Assembly (NCBI GenBank): GCA_004764695.1
Contig: SMSO01000032.1
Span: forward strand, 3,038,001-3,102,000
Direction: 5' to 3'
Source: Schizochytrium sp. TIO01
Lineage: Eukaryota; Protista; Bigyra: Labyrinthulomycetes
DNA length: 64,000 nt
The notes under the pieces were generated by a model. That model was not told where the DNA came from. It did no database searches and worked only from the letters and a program-made list of their open reading frames with translations. The position numbers were made by a program, and so were the translations under genes. Below, in pieces: positions 20,307 through 31,300 of this stretch (the first letter of the stretch is position 1; every line of letters begins with the position of its first letter).

Positions 20307-21535
20307 TCAAAGGCGCACGCGTGCAGTTACAATACCTTCATCCATGGTTCCCATATGGCAGAAGAGCTCTGGTTCATTCATGTCAATGATACAACTTGAG
20401 CCACAGAATGTAACATCGCCTTCACTATCTGGTCTGAAATAACTCATTGGCTCGACCCCTACTCGGTCGGCTGCAACAAATATAGTCTTTTGGTGAATAA
20501 GTGGCGACAAACGCGCAAACCAATAATTGATAGTTTCGGCCCCATTTACAGGACTTGCTGTAGGGTCGTCCGGGTGTCGGTTGCACCAAGCTGACGAGAA
20601 TGCTATAATTCTACTCTTTTGAGAACTGTGGAATTTAGCAAATTCAAACTCGCTCCATGCAGATTTGAACTCCCATGGGTTTATATCCATGCAGATTCCA
20701 AGCCCAACTTTAGTACCATTCGGTCCAAGCCAATCGCAATGGGTGCTAAGGAAGCCATTTCCTTCGGATGCCCAAGACTTATCGGAAATACTGTTGAGAT
20801 GTAAACTTGTCAGTTAGTAAATCAACGTGTAAAATTTTGCTAAGCCAACCATGATACTGGGTAGCTTGACAGTGCGTTGGGGTATGTATGCGAATACGAG
20901 ACGGCAGACACCAAAAGATAACAAACTTACTACAAGAAATGCTTGTCATACGTTGTATGAAGTTGCCCAGACGGGTTGACGAGCATGATTGAGTTATAAA
21001 GCTTGCCAGTTTCAGGTTCAAGACGAGGGAAACCGACAGATACACTGCAGCCGTAAGTCGAAGCAACGCGTTGGCACCAATCAAAAGTCGGTCCCTTGCC
21101 TGCGACCTCGGCAAGATGCTCAATATCCTTTCGAGTGCGGAATTGATAACCTGTAAAAGCCATTTCCGGAAGGACGAGAAGGTCTAATTTAAGATTTTCA
21201 TCGTTTTGAGACTGAGACCATTTCTGTAAAATCAAGTCTGCTTTGGCTATGCTAGCATCTATGTCACCATAGACAGGAGACATTTGCAGAGTACCTAGAA
21301 CAACAAATATATCTTCAGTGTCCTTACCCGCTTTATCCTTTTCAGTTTCGGCATCTGGCTTGATGCCGGGTTCCTTTCTTTCTGAAGCACCTTTGAATTC
21401 GTAGTCGTCATTCTGTTGCTCATGTTGGTGCTGACGCAACGTGGAGGTCTCCTGACTCCCGGTGGACTCATCGTCTACTGTATGCTGCTGCTTTGTTATC
21501 GAAAGGACACCTTCTTCCTCCTCTGACCCCACCAT
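20307..21535 (-). CDS. NTA1: Protein N-terminal amidase (NTA1-like, nitrilase/CN-hydrolase family); 2 exons, 21535-20931 and 20790-20307
   Basis: E-K-C triad motifs VLPEMAFTGY, YDKHFLY, GICMDINP. A 140-nt GTAAGT...CAG intron (20930-20791) with a TACTAAC branch site joins the two ORF-track fragments in frame (HFL-Y-ISDKSWASEG). Confidence 0.85.
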
Positions 21536-21783
21536 TTCTTTCAGTACAGCCGTTCAAAGGCCCAGGTGGTCGCAGGAAAACAGCCCTTTAAAAGCCAACG
21601 AAGACTGGAACAGAAGGCGAAAAGGTTTGGTGTTGTTTGCTGACTGAGTCTTCTTTGGGTTCAAACACTCTTTTTTCAATTCCCTGTTTTTTGCTTTTGT
21701 TTCTTGTGTCTTGTGTCTTGTTTATTATTATCATTATTTTAATTTAGAAATGTTTTAAAGCATTTTATAAAGCTCTTCAAAAG

Positions 21784-21960
21784 CGAAAAGGAAAATGCTA
21801 TGCACTTAGAGAAATAAATTTACTTATAATATAAAAGTTTGATGCATTTCCTATCATGATGGTGACAAACTGGACACAAGGCCCAATCGCGGTTTAAAAA
21901 CAAACCCTTGACTCAAAGACAGTTCTTGAATCATGTCCTTGTATAGGTAGCTCAAAAGAA
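21784..21960 (-). ncRNA. Candidate Fanzor omegaRNA scaffold (element 3' end), copy 1
   Basis: Sequence downstream of RuvC-III is conserved with 40261-40417 up to a shared CTTTTCG end and contains a GGTTT..AAACC hairpin. The position matches the known omegaRNA location. Expression not shown. Confidence 0.4.
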
Positions 21961-22770
21961 TGCCTCTGGCGGCGTGGATATCACGACCGACATGTTTGCA
22001 TTTTGGGGAGGCGTTGGAAAACCTTGGATGCTCCGAGCTTGTTGTGGATGACACCACACATTCATTGCATGGTTTCCAAGTGCAATCCTCTCGGCAAATA
22101 ACCAGTATACACCACTGGCAGGGGAGAAGCTCTGTTTTATGAATGAGCGCTTGGACTTAGCCAACGAACGACACATCATTCAAGCTCTCTTGATTTTGAT
22201 CTGTCTTGGTAATTGAATTTGTTGAGGTTTCAAATTTAGGCAAAAGAACAACACTGTAGTTTTCACTGAGCCAAAGCGCAAGCTTCTGGTTAATGCCGGG
22301 AGTCCAATAGGGCGGCTTGTTGAAGTTGACCCCTGCCGATGTCTTTGTAGACGACGGAGGCATCTGCTAGGCATGCTGGAGGTCACCAATCCGACATTTG
22401 AAGTTCTCTTCTTGCTTGGCGAAGGACACTATGGCGTAGATAATGAATGGTACTGACAGTGCTGCTGCGTTGCTCGCGGCCGCCGGAACAACGGGCCATA
22501 GGTGCGCTCAGCGTCGTCACTTGCATATATATGATTGTCTCAGTTGAAGCACCCGAACGGTGCTGAGACGCCAACCTTCTGGTTGAAGTACTTTGATACT
22601 TCGAATTGAAAGTTTGCTTCACATGTAGTGTTTGGAGCTTGGTGGTTCCTTGGTCATTTCATTTTCTTACATACCCTCCGCTGCTTCAGTAAGACCTGAA
22701 TAATTTAATATATATCATTTATATGCAATAGCCACTCCCATTTGGAGGTATATAGGCTTTAACGTTTTCG
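21784..22770 (-). mobile_element. Decayed, internally deleted Fanzor (TnpB-like) element, copy 1
   Basis: Frameshifted remnants ALLD/PGI (RuvC-I), NQKLALWLSENYSVVLLPKFETS, WCILVICREDCTWKPCNEC..IHNKLGASKVF, PKCKHVGRDIHAARGILL (Zn finger and RuvC-III). Imperfect short inverted termini CGAAAA.G..AA.GC. Confidence 0.8.
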
Positions 22771-23448
22771 TAGGTACTCATGCTTGCGTGAAAGCTCAGG
22801 CCAAAGTAGAGGGAGCCCTCTATGGCCGGTTTGAAAACGCTACGTAGGTAGGTAGCATCCCACTGCACTCTCACTAGTCGCGGTATTAGTCCCAAAAATT
22901 AAAGTCAAAGTACATTACTCATTATGTCCAGGATCAATCTCTTCCGTAGTACGGGGGAATTGGTTTGCTGTCATCTCATTCCTGTTAAAGTGATCTAGAA
23001 ATTGAATTAGTCTCCATCAGAGATGAATTATAGTGTACTTTATCCTAGGTTGTTTCTTCAAACAAAAAAAACTAACTGTAATATAGAATAATTGCAAAAA
23101 GAAGCAGGACCAGCACTATTATGATGCCCCCCAACTCATACCCAAAACAGAGTGAAGTTCTTACATTAGACGAGATCTATTGGCCACTATTGTTAACTTG
23201 AATGGTCTAGAAAGAACTATTTACGATTGCTTCAAGTAATTTTGAGATCGGTCAAGTTTGGTTCACTGTAGTGTCAATCATAAGAACTAGCTAAGTAGGT
23301 AGGGTATCTATCTACCAAGGTGTACTAGTATTCCAGTACCCGCACAACGCTGCAAGAATTGTCCACTCTCACTAGTTAGAGGCAACTCCTTAGTATTTTC
23401 TCAGTCACGATTTGTATACAAGATGTTATTATTTATTATTATTTTAAT

Positions 23449-23465
23449 TAATAGTAGTAGTAGTA

Positions 23466-23507
<42 letters not shown>

Positions 23508-23526
23508 GTAATAATAATAATAATAA
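23449..23526. repeat. (TAG)n/(AAT)n microsatellite
   Basis: Direct trinucleotide run; it creates the spurious poly-Leu ORF 23401-23709. Confidence 0.95.
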
Positions 23527-23707
23527 ATTAAAAAGCCGTTGTATATTGTAGCGAAAGCACTTAGCTGTGCTTAGTATGTATATTTTTAAATGCTTTGCTT
23601 TGTTTGCTCTGGCAGTAGTATGACTTTCAGGAAGAGGTAGGCATACTCCAACGAAACTACAGTGATAACGTTGCGCCATCCACAAGCAGAGCCATAACGC
23701 AGCGACC

Positions 23708-23911
23708 ATGAGTCATACTACAGGCACAAACGCAGGAATTCCAGCCTCACTCGAAGAGGCTTTACCAAAAACAGGTTTGGTATTTTCGGAGCGCGGAAAT
23801 CTTACTGAGATTTTGTGCAAACCAAAAATTCTTCCCTTGAAATCTGCAACTCTGCTTCGAATGGAAGACCTTGAGAGACGCGCTAGGGAAAATGCTCTTT
23901 CGCCTCAATAG
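23708..23911 (+). CDS. BBIP1: BBSome-interacting protein 1 (BBIP10/BBS18)
   Basis: 67-aa ORF with the family signature E.LPK.GLVF.E......LCKPKILPLKS.TL.RME.L. Confidence 0.85.
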   Translation: MSHTTGTNAGIPASLEEALPKTGLVFSERGNLTEILCKPKILPLKSATLLRMEDLERRARENALSPQ

Positions 23912-24309
23912 TAGGTACACGTAGTGGAAGTAGAAATCTACGCAGCAGCTAGGGACAACTATGCAATAGTTTTTTCTCAATATCTGTACTTTGCGTGTGG
24001 TGTCCTAATTATTAGATTTCTAGTTACACAAGAGCCTCCAAAAGACTGCGACTGCGTCAACAACGAAAGGCAACCTAAGGCTTTCAAGATTAAAACTATA
24101 ACCTGCGCTCATCTAAGGCCAAATTGATTTCAAACATAGTGAATGGCAACTAATTATCGAGGAAAGTCAAGAGCTTCGGATGTCCAGTGTTCAAACCATG
24201 ACGACTCATCTGATATATTTGGTGGGAGATTTACTATGAAGTGGCAAGGTAAGATATAATTTATTACGAATAAAGAGCTTGGGTCTCTACCATATCGTTG
24301 TGTTCTTTA

Positions 24310-25332
24310 TCAGATTGACTTCAGGGCAGGGCTGGCGGATAGCATGACTCGAGTAATCGCCGTGCCATCCTCACGAGCATACAGACGAATCGGAAAAGGC
24401 TCTGATGTGGACGCTACCTTGATCTCCCGAGGGAGCATGTTCCAGTGTGGATTGGCATCTACTTCAAGGTCAAGGATGCAACCAAGGTCTTTTCCATATG
24501 GACCAATCGACGAAATGCAGCACTCACAGTAGAACGCCCCTTGTCCCTTTTTAGCGTTACTTGCAAGATATTTCGGACAACAAAGCCATTTTTTTGATTT
24601 CACATGTTTATGCGGAACCAGCGCACCTGCCTTGACATCGGGGCAGTTTGTAAAGGTTGAACTGTCCATCATTGGGGCACCCACCCACAGGCTGTTGTCA
24701 TTAATGTTGGGCCCCAAAGTCTCAACATACAAATAGTATACGCCAGGTTTGGTAACATCAAAGAGATATTCTGCATAGGCCTGACTACAGATTTTGTTTT
24801 GCTTGCCGCCGCCCTTATCTGGACAGATGACAGAACTGCCTTTCGTTTCCATCGGACGTAGCATAACGTTATAGCTTGTGGCTTCCGCAGGCAACTCGAT
24901 TGCTAACTTGCGGTGAGTTGCTTTGCCGAGGTCTTCCTCAATTTGTTCAGGAGTGAGGGCTGGGGTACTTTCCTTTCGCCGCTTTGGCTTGGGTTTCTCC
25001 ACAGGTTCGTCAAAATCATTATCAGAATCCCCACCATAGCCGCTCTCAGCAACCACTAGTGTTCCCTTAAGCCCGGGATCTGCAGCGCTTGCTGTGGTAT
25101 GCGACATCGTAATGAACAAAAAAAGCAGGAGAAGAGTGATGCCCAGAGCTATAAGACGCTTCCTGTCCTCCTCAAACCACGATTTGGCTTTTTGGAAATG
25201 TCTTTCAGCTTCTGATACAAGATTCCCTGCAGCAGAACTGCCTCCGCTTTTTGAGCGAGACGATCCTGACTTCGAAGAGCGCTTGCTACTTCCATCCTTA
25301 ATGCTCTTGGATTTCTTCACTGATTTTGCCAT
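24310..25332 (-). CDS. Type II membrane protein with Cys-rich galactose-binding/CBM-like beta-sandwich domain
   Basis: Basic/Ser-rich N-terminus, one TM helix (LIALGITLLLLFLFITM), then YAEYLFDVTKPGVYYLYV..GP..NDNSLWVG and IRLYAREDGTAITRVML. Likely start MAKSV at 25332. Confidence 0.6.
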   Translation of the reverse strand: MAKSVKKSKSIKDGSSKRSSKSGSSRSKSGGSSAAGNLVSEAERHFQKAKSWFEEDRKRLIALGITLLLLFLFITMSHTTASAADPGLKGTLVVAESGYGGDSDNDFDEPVEKPKPKRRKESTPALTPEQIEEDLGKATHRKLAIELPAEATSYNVMLRPMETKGSSVICPDKGGGKQNKICSQAYAEYLFDVTKPGVYYLYVETLGPNINDNSLWVGAPMMDSSTFTNCPDVKAGALVPHKHVKSKKWLCCPKYLASNAKKGQGAFYCECCISSIGPYGKDLGCILDLEVDANPHWNMLPREIKVASTSEPFPIRLYAREDGTAITRVMLSASPALKSI

Positions 25333-25984
25333 TGGCTTAGTCAGAAGGTTTCTTTCTTGTAACAACCAGCAGTTTGGTTTCCACCCAGAAAGGCTGTTGC
25401 TGGCAAGTCTGGAGGTTAGAATGAGTCTCGCCAGCCTAATGCTTAGAAATCTGTCACTTGTGAGACAGTGCTGTACTATCAGCAGCAAACCAGCAGCCAA
25501 TTTTACGTTTCCTCGCTTTGAAGCAATAAATACCCCAGCTTGGTCGGCTCTGCCCTAATCTTCTACGAAGCGAAGAAACTAAGATATCGTAAGCCACACA
25601 GAGAGAGCTCTTATCGTTAGAATAGCTGCCCGCAGCCTGTAGTTAGATTTGAGGATGTACGGTGTGTTAGAGTGTGTATCACTTTCGTCTCTCCTCCACG
25701 GGTGAGACCTTTCCCAGTGGAGTTGTCCCCCGTCTCCATGCGACTTTGTTGAAGTGATCTTGCCTTGCTTGATAGTAACTGGAACTAGGTACTAGTATTT
25801 TAATTAATAAGAATAATTTATATACAAATAAGTAACTTTGAACCAATGTTCTTTATTTTTTTTAATTTTAAAATCTCAAGTGTTTATCAATATTATTATT
25901 ATTATTATATTTTATTTTTAATTTAAGGGCTTATTTATCTTCAATGTAAACAAATTGTTGTTTACTATTACAGTTCTAATATTA

Positions 25985-27106
25985 TTATGGTTCAATCATG
26001 GTATCATGGCCAGACGACAAGTATCCTGGATTAAAGCTTTGATTAAAACCGTTAGAAGAGCTGCGCAAAGATTTGAAGATGAAGTTTAATTGTTCTTTCG
26101 TATACCAATGACGAGAACTATACGGAAGCTTGTCCTCGCTGAGACCAATCCAAGTGGTTCCAGGGACAAAGAACATCTTCTTCCAATGGTGCTGGGTAGC
26201 ATTTGCCATTTCATGGAGAATCGGACGTGGGGAATGGACTCTAATTTGGATGGCCCTTTCGCTGCCCTATTGGACTTGTCCAAGCTGATTGCCTTTTGCA
26301 CTTTTAAGTAAGACCCCGCATGACCTGGAATCCACATATCTGGTGGGTTCTGAAGACAGTCTGAGAACGATAGGCCTGTATGTCGAAGAACCATTTCAAC
26401 GAAAAGGTAAACACGGAAATCTTTATCAGTGATAACAATCCACGGAAACGAGCACTCACCGAGCCGATTCAGCCATCCCTTTACTGCACACACCCAGCCC
26501 GGCGGCAGGCAAATCTTAAAACTGTCAAACTTGGTTAATTTGTAGCTTTGACCAACACCAAGAAGCTTTCGAGTTGTTTGAGTAATCTCGAAACTTTCTT
26601 GTCGTACTTTCGGGAGCAATAAATCGCTGGAACAATTGTGCTTGAGTTGGACTGCGCTCATGCTAAGTTGGGATCCGGGTAGGTTGCCGTGGTATTTGGC
26701 GCCTTCATTAGAATAAGATTAAAAGAACCATGTTTCACGGACAGGAATATTGTCAATGAATCCTCATATAGCTCGATATCATCTTCATCAGAAGATGATT
26801 TTTCAGAAGATATCTTCTCAGAGTGAGCAATTAACACTCTCGTCTTCTGAAATGGTTTACAGCCGACGTCAAAGTCGAGCGGCAAAGGACTTCTTTGGTT
26901 TAGAGTTAGTAGGGAATGGTGTCGCTAGTTCCCAAGTAAACTAGGAACCGCAGAACGAAGCAAGGAATCAGATACTTGTGATGGTGGTGCTGGCACTACT
27001 TGTTGGTGTAAGACTTGGAGAGGAAGAATTCGAAAGGGGCTGCGCAACGAAGTAAGGAATGAGATACTTGTGGCGCCTCTAGCACTACTTGCATGCGCAA
27101 GACTCG
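25985..27106 (-). pseudogene. Frameshifted gene relic with MBD-like LPPGW segment and internal ~65-bp duplication
   Basis: Overlapping minus-strand ORFs 26658-26885, 26086-26661 and 25985-26209 in different frames. Duplicated segment 26950-27017/27042-27106 encodes QVV..P.QVS.SLLR.A.P. Confidence 0.35.
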
Positions 27107-27637
27107 CAAAGCAAAAAACCTAACCACCGTGTGTTAAGTTTTACCGAAGTTAGCTTAAAACAAGCTGGTCGGCAAAACTAATACAAGGAAAGGCACCTCG
27201 TGGTACTAATTAAACCTTCTTATATACCATGAGTGGTAGTAAGGCACTTAATAGTATGCCTATGATTACCTCGAAGTAGTCAGAGGCCAAGGCTCCTCCT
27301 AATATAAATCCTTCAGCTTTGGTAAAAACTCGTCAGAGGGGGGACCAATAGAAGATCTACCTGTGCTGTTCTGATGTACTACTACCTGAAAAAGTTAAAC
27401 AACAGGCTTTTCAGTATTTTTCCTTACCCAGTCCAACGATTATCCAGGCACAAGTCTGACTTTTTGACTATAGGCAATCTCGGCGAGCAAAGATCTTTTG
27501 TTCGAGGAGATCAATCTGTAACGACGTCTGGTTGGTTGAAGTAGGTGTTTCCATGGTTGTTGAACTTTAACGGAGATAAGTGGTTCGATTCTATCTTCAT
27601 CGCTAACAAACAAAACGAAGGAAAGCTTGCTGAGCCC

Positions 27638-28321
27638 ATGGCCGCTTCAAGGCAAGAAACCGAGCCTCCGGTTTGCGTCGTGTGTGTGGAGTGTGGAGCT
27701 TCGAGGCCCGGGGCAGCATATATTGAATATAGTCCTGGAAATATAAAGCTCAGACGCTGTGCCAAGTGCGGTACAGTCGTTGACAAGTATGTAGAGTATG
27801 GGGACCTCCTCATCGCGGTCGATGTCTTTCTCCATAAAACTGCTGCGCACCGGCATATAATACTAAATAGGGGAGCTTCTGTATGGTCAGTTGCTTGGGC
27901 TTTTTGTTTCAACAGTATGATTGAGTTTTATATTCGAATGCACTATTTGAGACAAGTTGGGGGCGTTCAAGAAATCTCTGGAGCAGTACTAAGCGCAGCA
28001 ACAGCGAACTTTTTATCGATTATTATATGCCTTATAGGAGGGTACTTTCTTCTTCGTCATTCTCCTGATCATTTCAAGGCCAGCACTATTGTTCAAGCAG
28101 TATCCCTTGGAAGTGGTCCAAAGGTGTTGTTTGTAATTATGAGTATCTGGACTTACCCACTCGGGTTTGTATTAGTTCTTCGAGCTTTGACAGTGTCGTG
28201 TACGATAGTGGCACTACATGCCTCCCTGGCAGATGTGAGTCCTACATTGGTTGCCATTCTTGGATTGGTATCATGTAGCGTACAAGGATTATGGGGCGGG
28301 ATATACTTAGAGCTAGATTGA
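27638..28321 (+). CDS. ARV1: ARV1 family ER membrane protein
   Basis: CVECG...YIEYSPGNIKLRRCAKCGTVVDKYVEY..IAVDVFLHK.AAHRHIILN (Arv1 homology domain) followed by TM segments. ATG at 27638. Confidence 0.9.
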   Translation: MAASRQETEPPVCVVCVECGASRPGAAYIEYSPGNIKLRRCAKCGTVVDKYVEYGDLLIAVDVFLHKTAAHRHIILNRGASVWSVAWAFCFNSMIEFYIRMHYLRQVGGVQEISGAVLSAATANFLSIIICLIGGYFLLRHSPDHFKASTIVQAVSLGSGPKVLFVIMSIWTYPLGFVLVLRALTVSCTIVALHASLADVSPTLVAILGLVSCSVQGLWGGIYLELD

Positions 28322-31300
28322 AGAAATTCCAGCTGGCTGGAAGCTAGGCAGTGCACTAATATCGATATTGTTTTCAGCAATAAAGTCATTGATTGCCTGG
28401 ATTAAATGAGAGCCTTTAGTGGATGCTTTGTTCGGCCCGATGCCTGGAATCTGTCCAAGCTCGTAGAGGTTCAAAGGTAAGGCGCAGGCAATGGCACACA
28501 GGTGATCATCGCTGAATATAAGCCACTGGCGAGACCGCTGGGAATTTGTAGTTAGCTGCGAGGTCTCCACAGCTTGAATTGTAGCCTCGTGGAGGCGGTC
28601 AAGCAAGTCTTTTCGTAGACTCTGAGGAGTTCGCCCCGATGCTCCTTCCAATGCCCCAATTCCGCCAAAGCTGTCACGAGTAGACGCCTGGTCACCTCGC
28701 GCAAGCTTGACAAAGTCGTCATCACTGTCGCACAGGTCGTTGGCCAGGTCATCGACTATAGATAAGGAAGTCCTCTGAGAAGACTTGCGCAGGCGTTTCG
28801 CTGATGTGAAGTCATTATCGTTTGCGTCAGCACCTTGCCAGCTCTCATTGGCGGCTGTGTCAGAAGATGAGAAATATGGCGATTTTCTTGCAGCAGGCTT
28901 TAAAGAAATATCACGTGCGCGCCTTTTGGACTGATTAGTGGGCGCTCCCGACGATGTGGGGGAGAAAGAAGGTGACCTTGACTCTTCACGTACGGGCACG
29001 GAACTCCGACTAGCCTCCTCGCAAATCTTTATGTGCATAATTTCGGGTTGTCTTAGAAATGACTGGCCCTGAGGGCCTAATCGCATGTATGTATTGACAT
29101 AGTTGCCTGCGCTACGTTCATATTCTTCAAGTGCTCCATAGACGAACAAGAGAGAAATAACGCGCTCGACATCACAAATTTTCCAAGATTTATAAAGTCC
29201 GTTTTGTGGACAGTCCCGATTTCCCCCAGATACCCCGCGCATGGTCTTTGTTACACTTGATAAGGTCGGCCGTTGACCACTTGCACTTTGGTCCATTTTC
29301 TGAACTGCTAAAATGAGATCCTTGGCAAGATTAGTGACATCCACATCTCGAATCACACGAGTACGACGCTCGGTGCAATTATCACATGTATGATTACATT
29401 GTGTGTCACTGAAAGTTTCGTTGAAGTGCTCACAAATGAGAGTTCTTCTACACTCAGCTCGATTTAGACAAAAGTTGACCATACGACCCAGCTCTTGCAT
29501 TTGTCTCTGGATTTTACGAGAAGTTTGTTGTTGAGGCTCGCCACTTCCTCGATAATCTGAATTCACCTCGCCGCGGATAATCCTCTCAATCCTACGCTTA
29601 TCCGAGATGCTAAAAAGTACAACGCACTCGGCTACTTTACCATCTCGACCCCCGCGTCCACTCTCTTGGTAAAAGTTTGTTACAGATTTGGGCATTGTAA
29701 AATGGACAACAAAACGCACATCTGGTTTATTGATACCCATACCAAAAGCGATTGTTGCCACAATGAGGCGGACCTTGTTATCACTCCAAAGATTTTGTCT
29801 TTCTTGACGCTCCATAGCATCGGGCAATCCAGCATGATAGAAAGTCACTGCATTTGCACCGAGCTTGCGCTGAAGGCCAGCGCATACATCCTCTGTTTCC
29901 TTGCGAGAAAGGCAATAAATAATTCCGCACTGGTGCTTGCGCGGGCCTGAGCTCACATAGTCTGCTAAGAGCTCAAGGTTGGCCTTCATGTTACGCTTTT
30001 TCATAAGTATGCTATATCGAAGATTCGAGCGATTAAAACTGAGTTTTACAACCTTTGGATCCCGAAGCCCTAGTACGTTAATTACATCGTCGATAACTAC
30101 ATTTGTGGCCGTAGCTGTGAGAGCAATCATTGGCACGGAAGGAAAGTTCGCCCGCAATATGTTCAGCTTCAAATAGTCACTTCGAAAGTCATGCCCCCAT
30201 TCACTAACGCAGTGTGCTTCGTCGATTACAAACCGGGCAAGTAGCCCCCGTTGCATAAGCTTTTGCAGTTCGTTGCCAAATGAAGGACTATGTGCAAGCT
30301 TTTCGGGTGTTACGTAGAGTAAGCTTAGGGTGCCGCTTCGCAACTTATCCATGACCTCAAAATAAGATGGTCCAGAGGACCCGTCGCCGGAGCTTTGTCC
30401 CAAGAAACACGCAGCCTCGACACCACAAGCAGAGAGAGCTAGAACTTGATCTTGAATCAGAGAAACAAGAGGGCTAATCACAATTGTTACACCTTTTGAA
30501 ATAAGCGCGGGGATTTGATAGCAGAGTGATTTCCCTCCTCCAGTAGGCATCAAAATAAAGGCGTCACGGTTCGTCAAGCAGGCATGGATTGCTGATCTTT
30601 GACCAGGCCGGAACTTTGAATATCCAAAATATCTCTGATTGGTCTGATATACTGTCTGCCAATCAAAATTCGTCCGAGTTGAAGCTTCAAATGAATTTTC
30701 ACTAATTGTGAGATTTGCAGCAATTTGTATAGGTTCTGACGCACCAAACCCACCTGACTGATCACCTATTTGAGGTAGGGGTGGTACGAGGAGTGGCTCG
30801 TACTGCATCCGTCGTTCGCCAAGATTCCCACCATAGGCAATAGAATTATTATTGTAACTACTTCCCGAATTCGTGGTTGTGTTGAACGTACTTGTTGAGC
30901 TATTTTCGTAGGAGTTCAAATTTTCTTGTAGATGTATCTGATCATTCGTTGATGTTGATTGTAAGACAGAACTTGATTCTGACATGGAGTGGTCCCTTGT
31001 TATAGTTGATGCTACATTTGAGTTCTGGACCCGAACAGATAGCGAAGCATAATTAGTTGAGTCTAAAGAAGAAGCCTCGCGCTGTAATTTTTGAATTCCT
31101 GGCTCAATTGAAATTGGTCCAAGTGTTTTTCCATACTGGTCCTTCCAGTTTCCGTGGTGCCTCGTGCTTATACCTTGCTCGCTTGGTGCTCCAACAAACT
31201 CCATAAGGTCCGCCACAGAAAAACCCGCCTCCCCAAGTCGTTCTTCAAAGCTTTCTCTTGACTTAGTGCTAGGCTGAGACGGGCTTGTTGAAGATGTAAA

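Noticed and set aside
23401-23709. ORF with a poly-Leu 'membrane' stretch
   Set aside because: Artefact of the (AAT)n/(TAG)n microsatellite.
26950-27106. Repeat-spacer-repeat pattern as a mini CRISPR array
   Set aside because: Only two imperfect units, they preserve a peptide repeat, the context is eukaryotic, and no cas genes are present.
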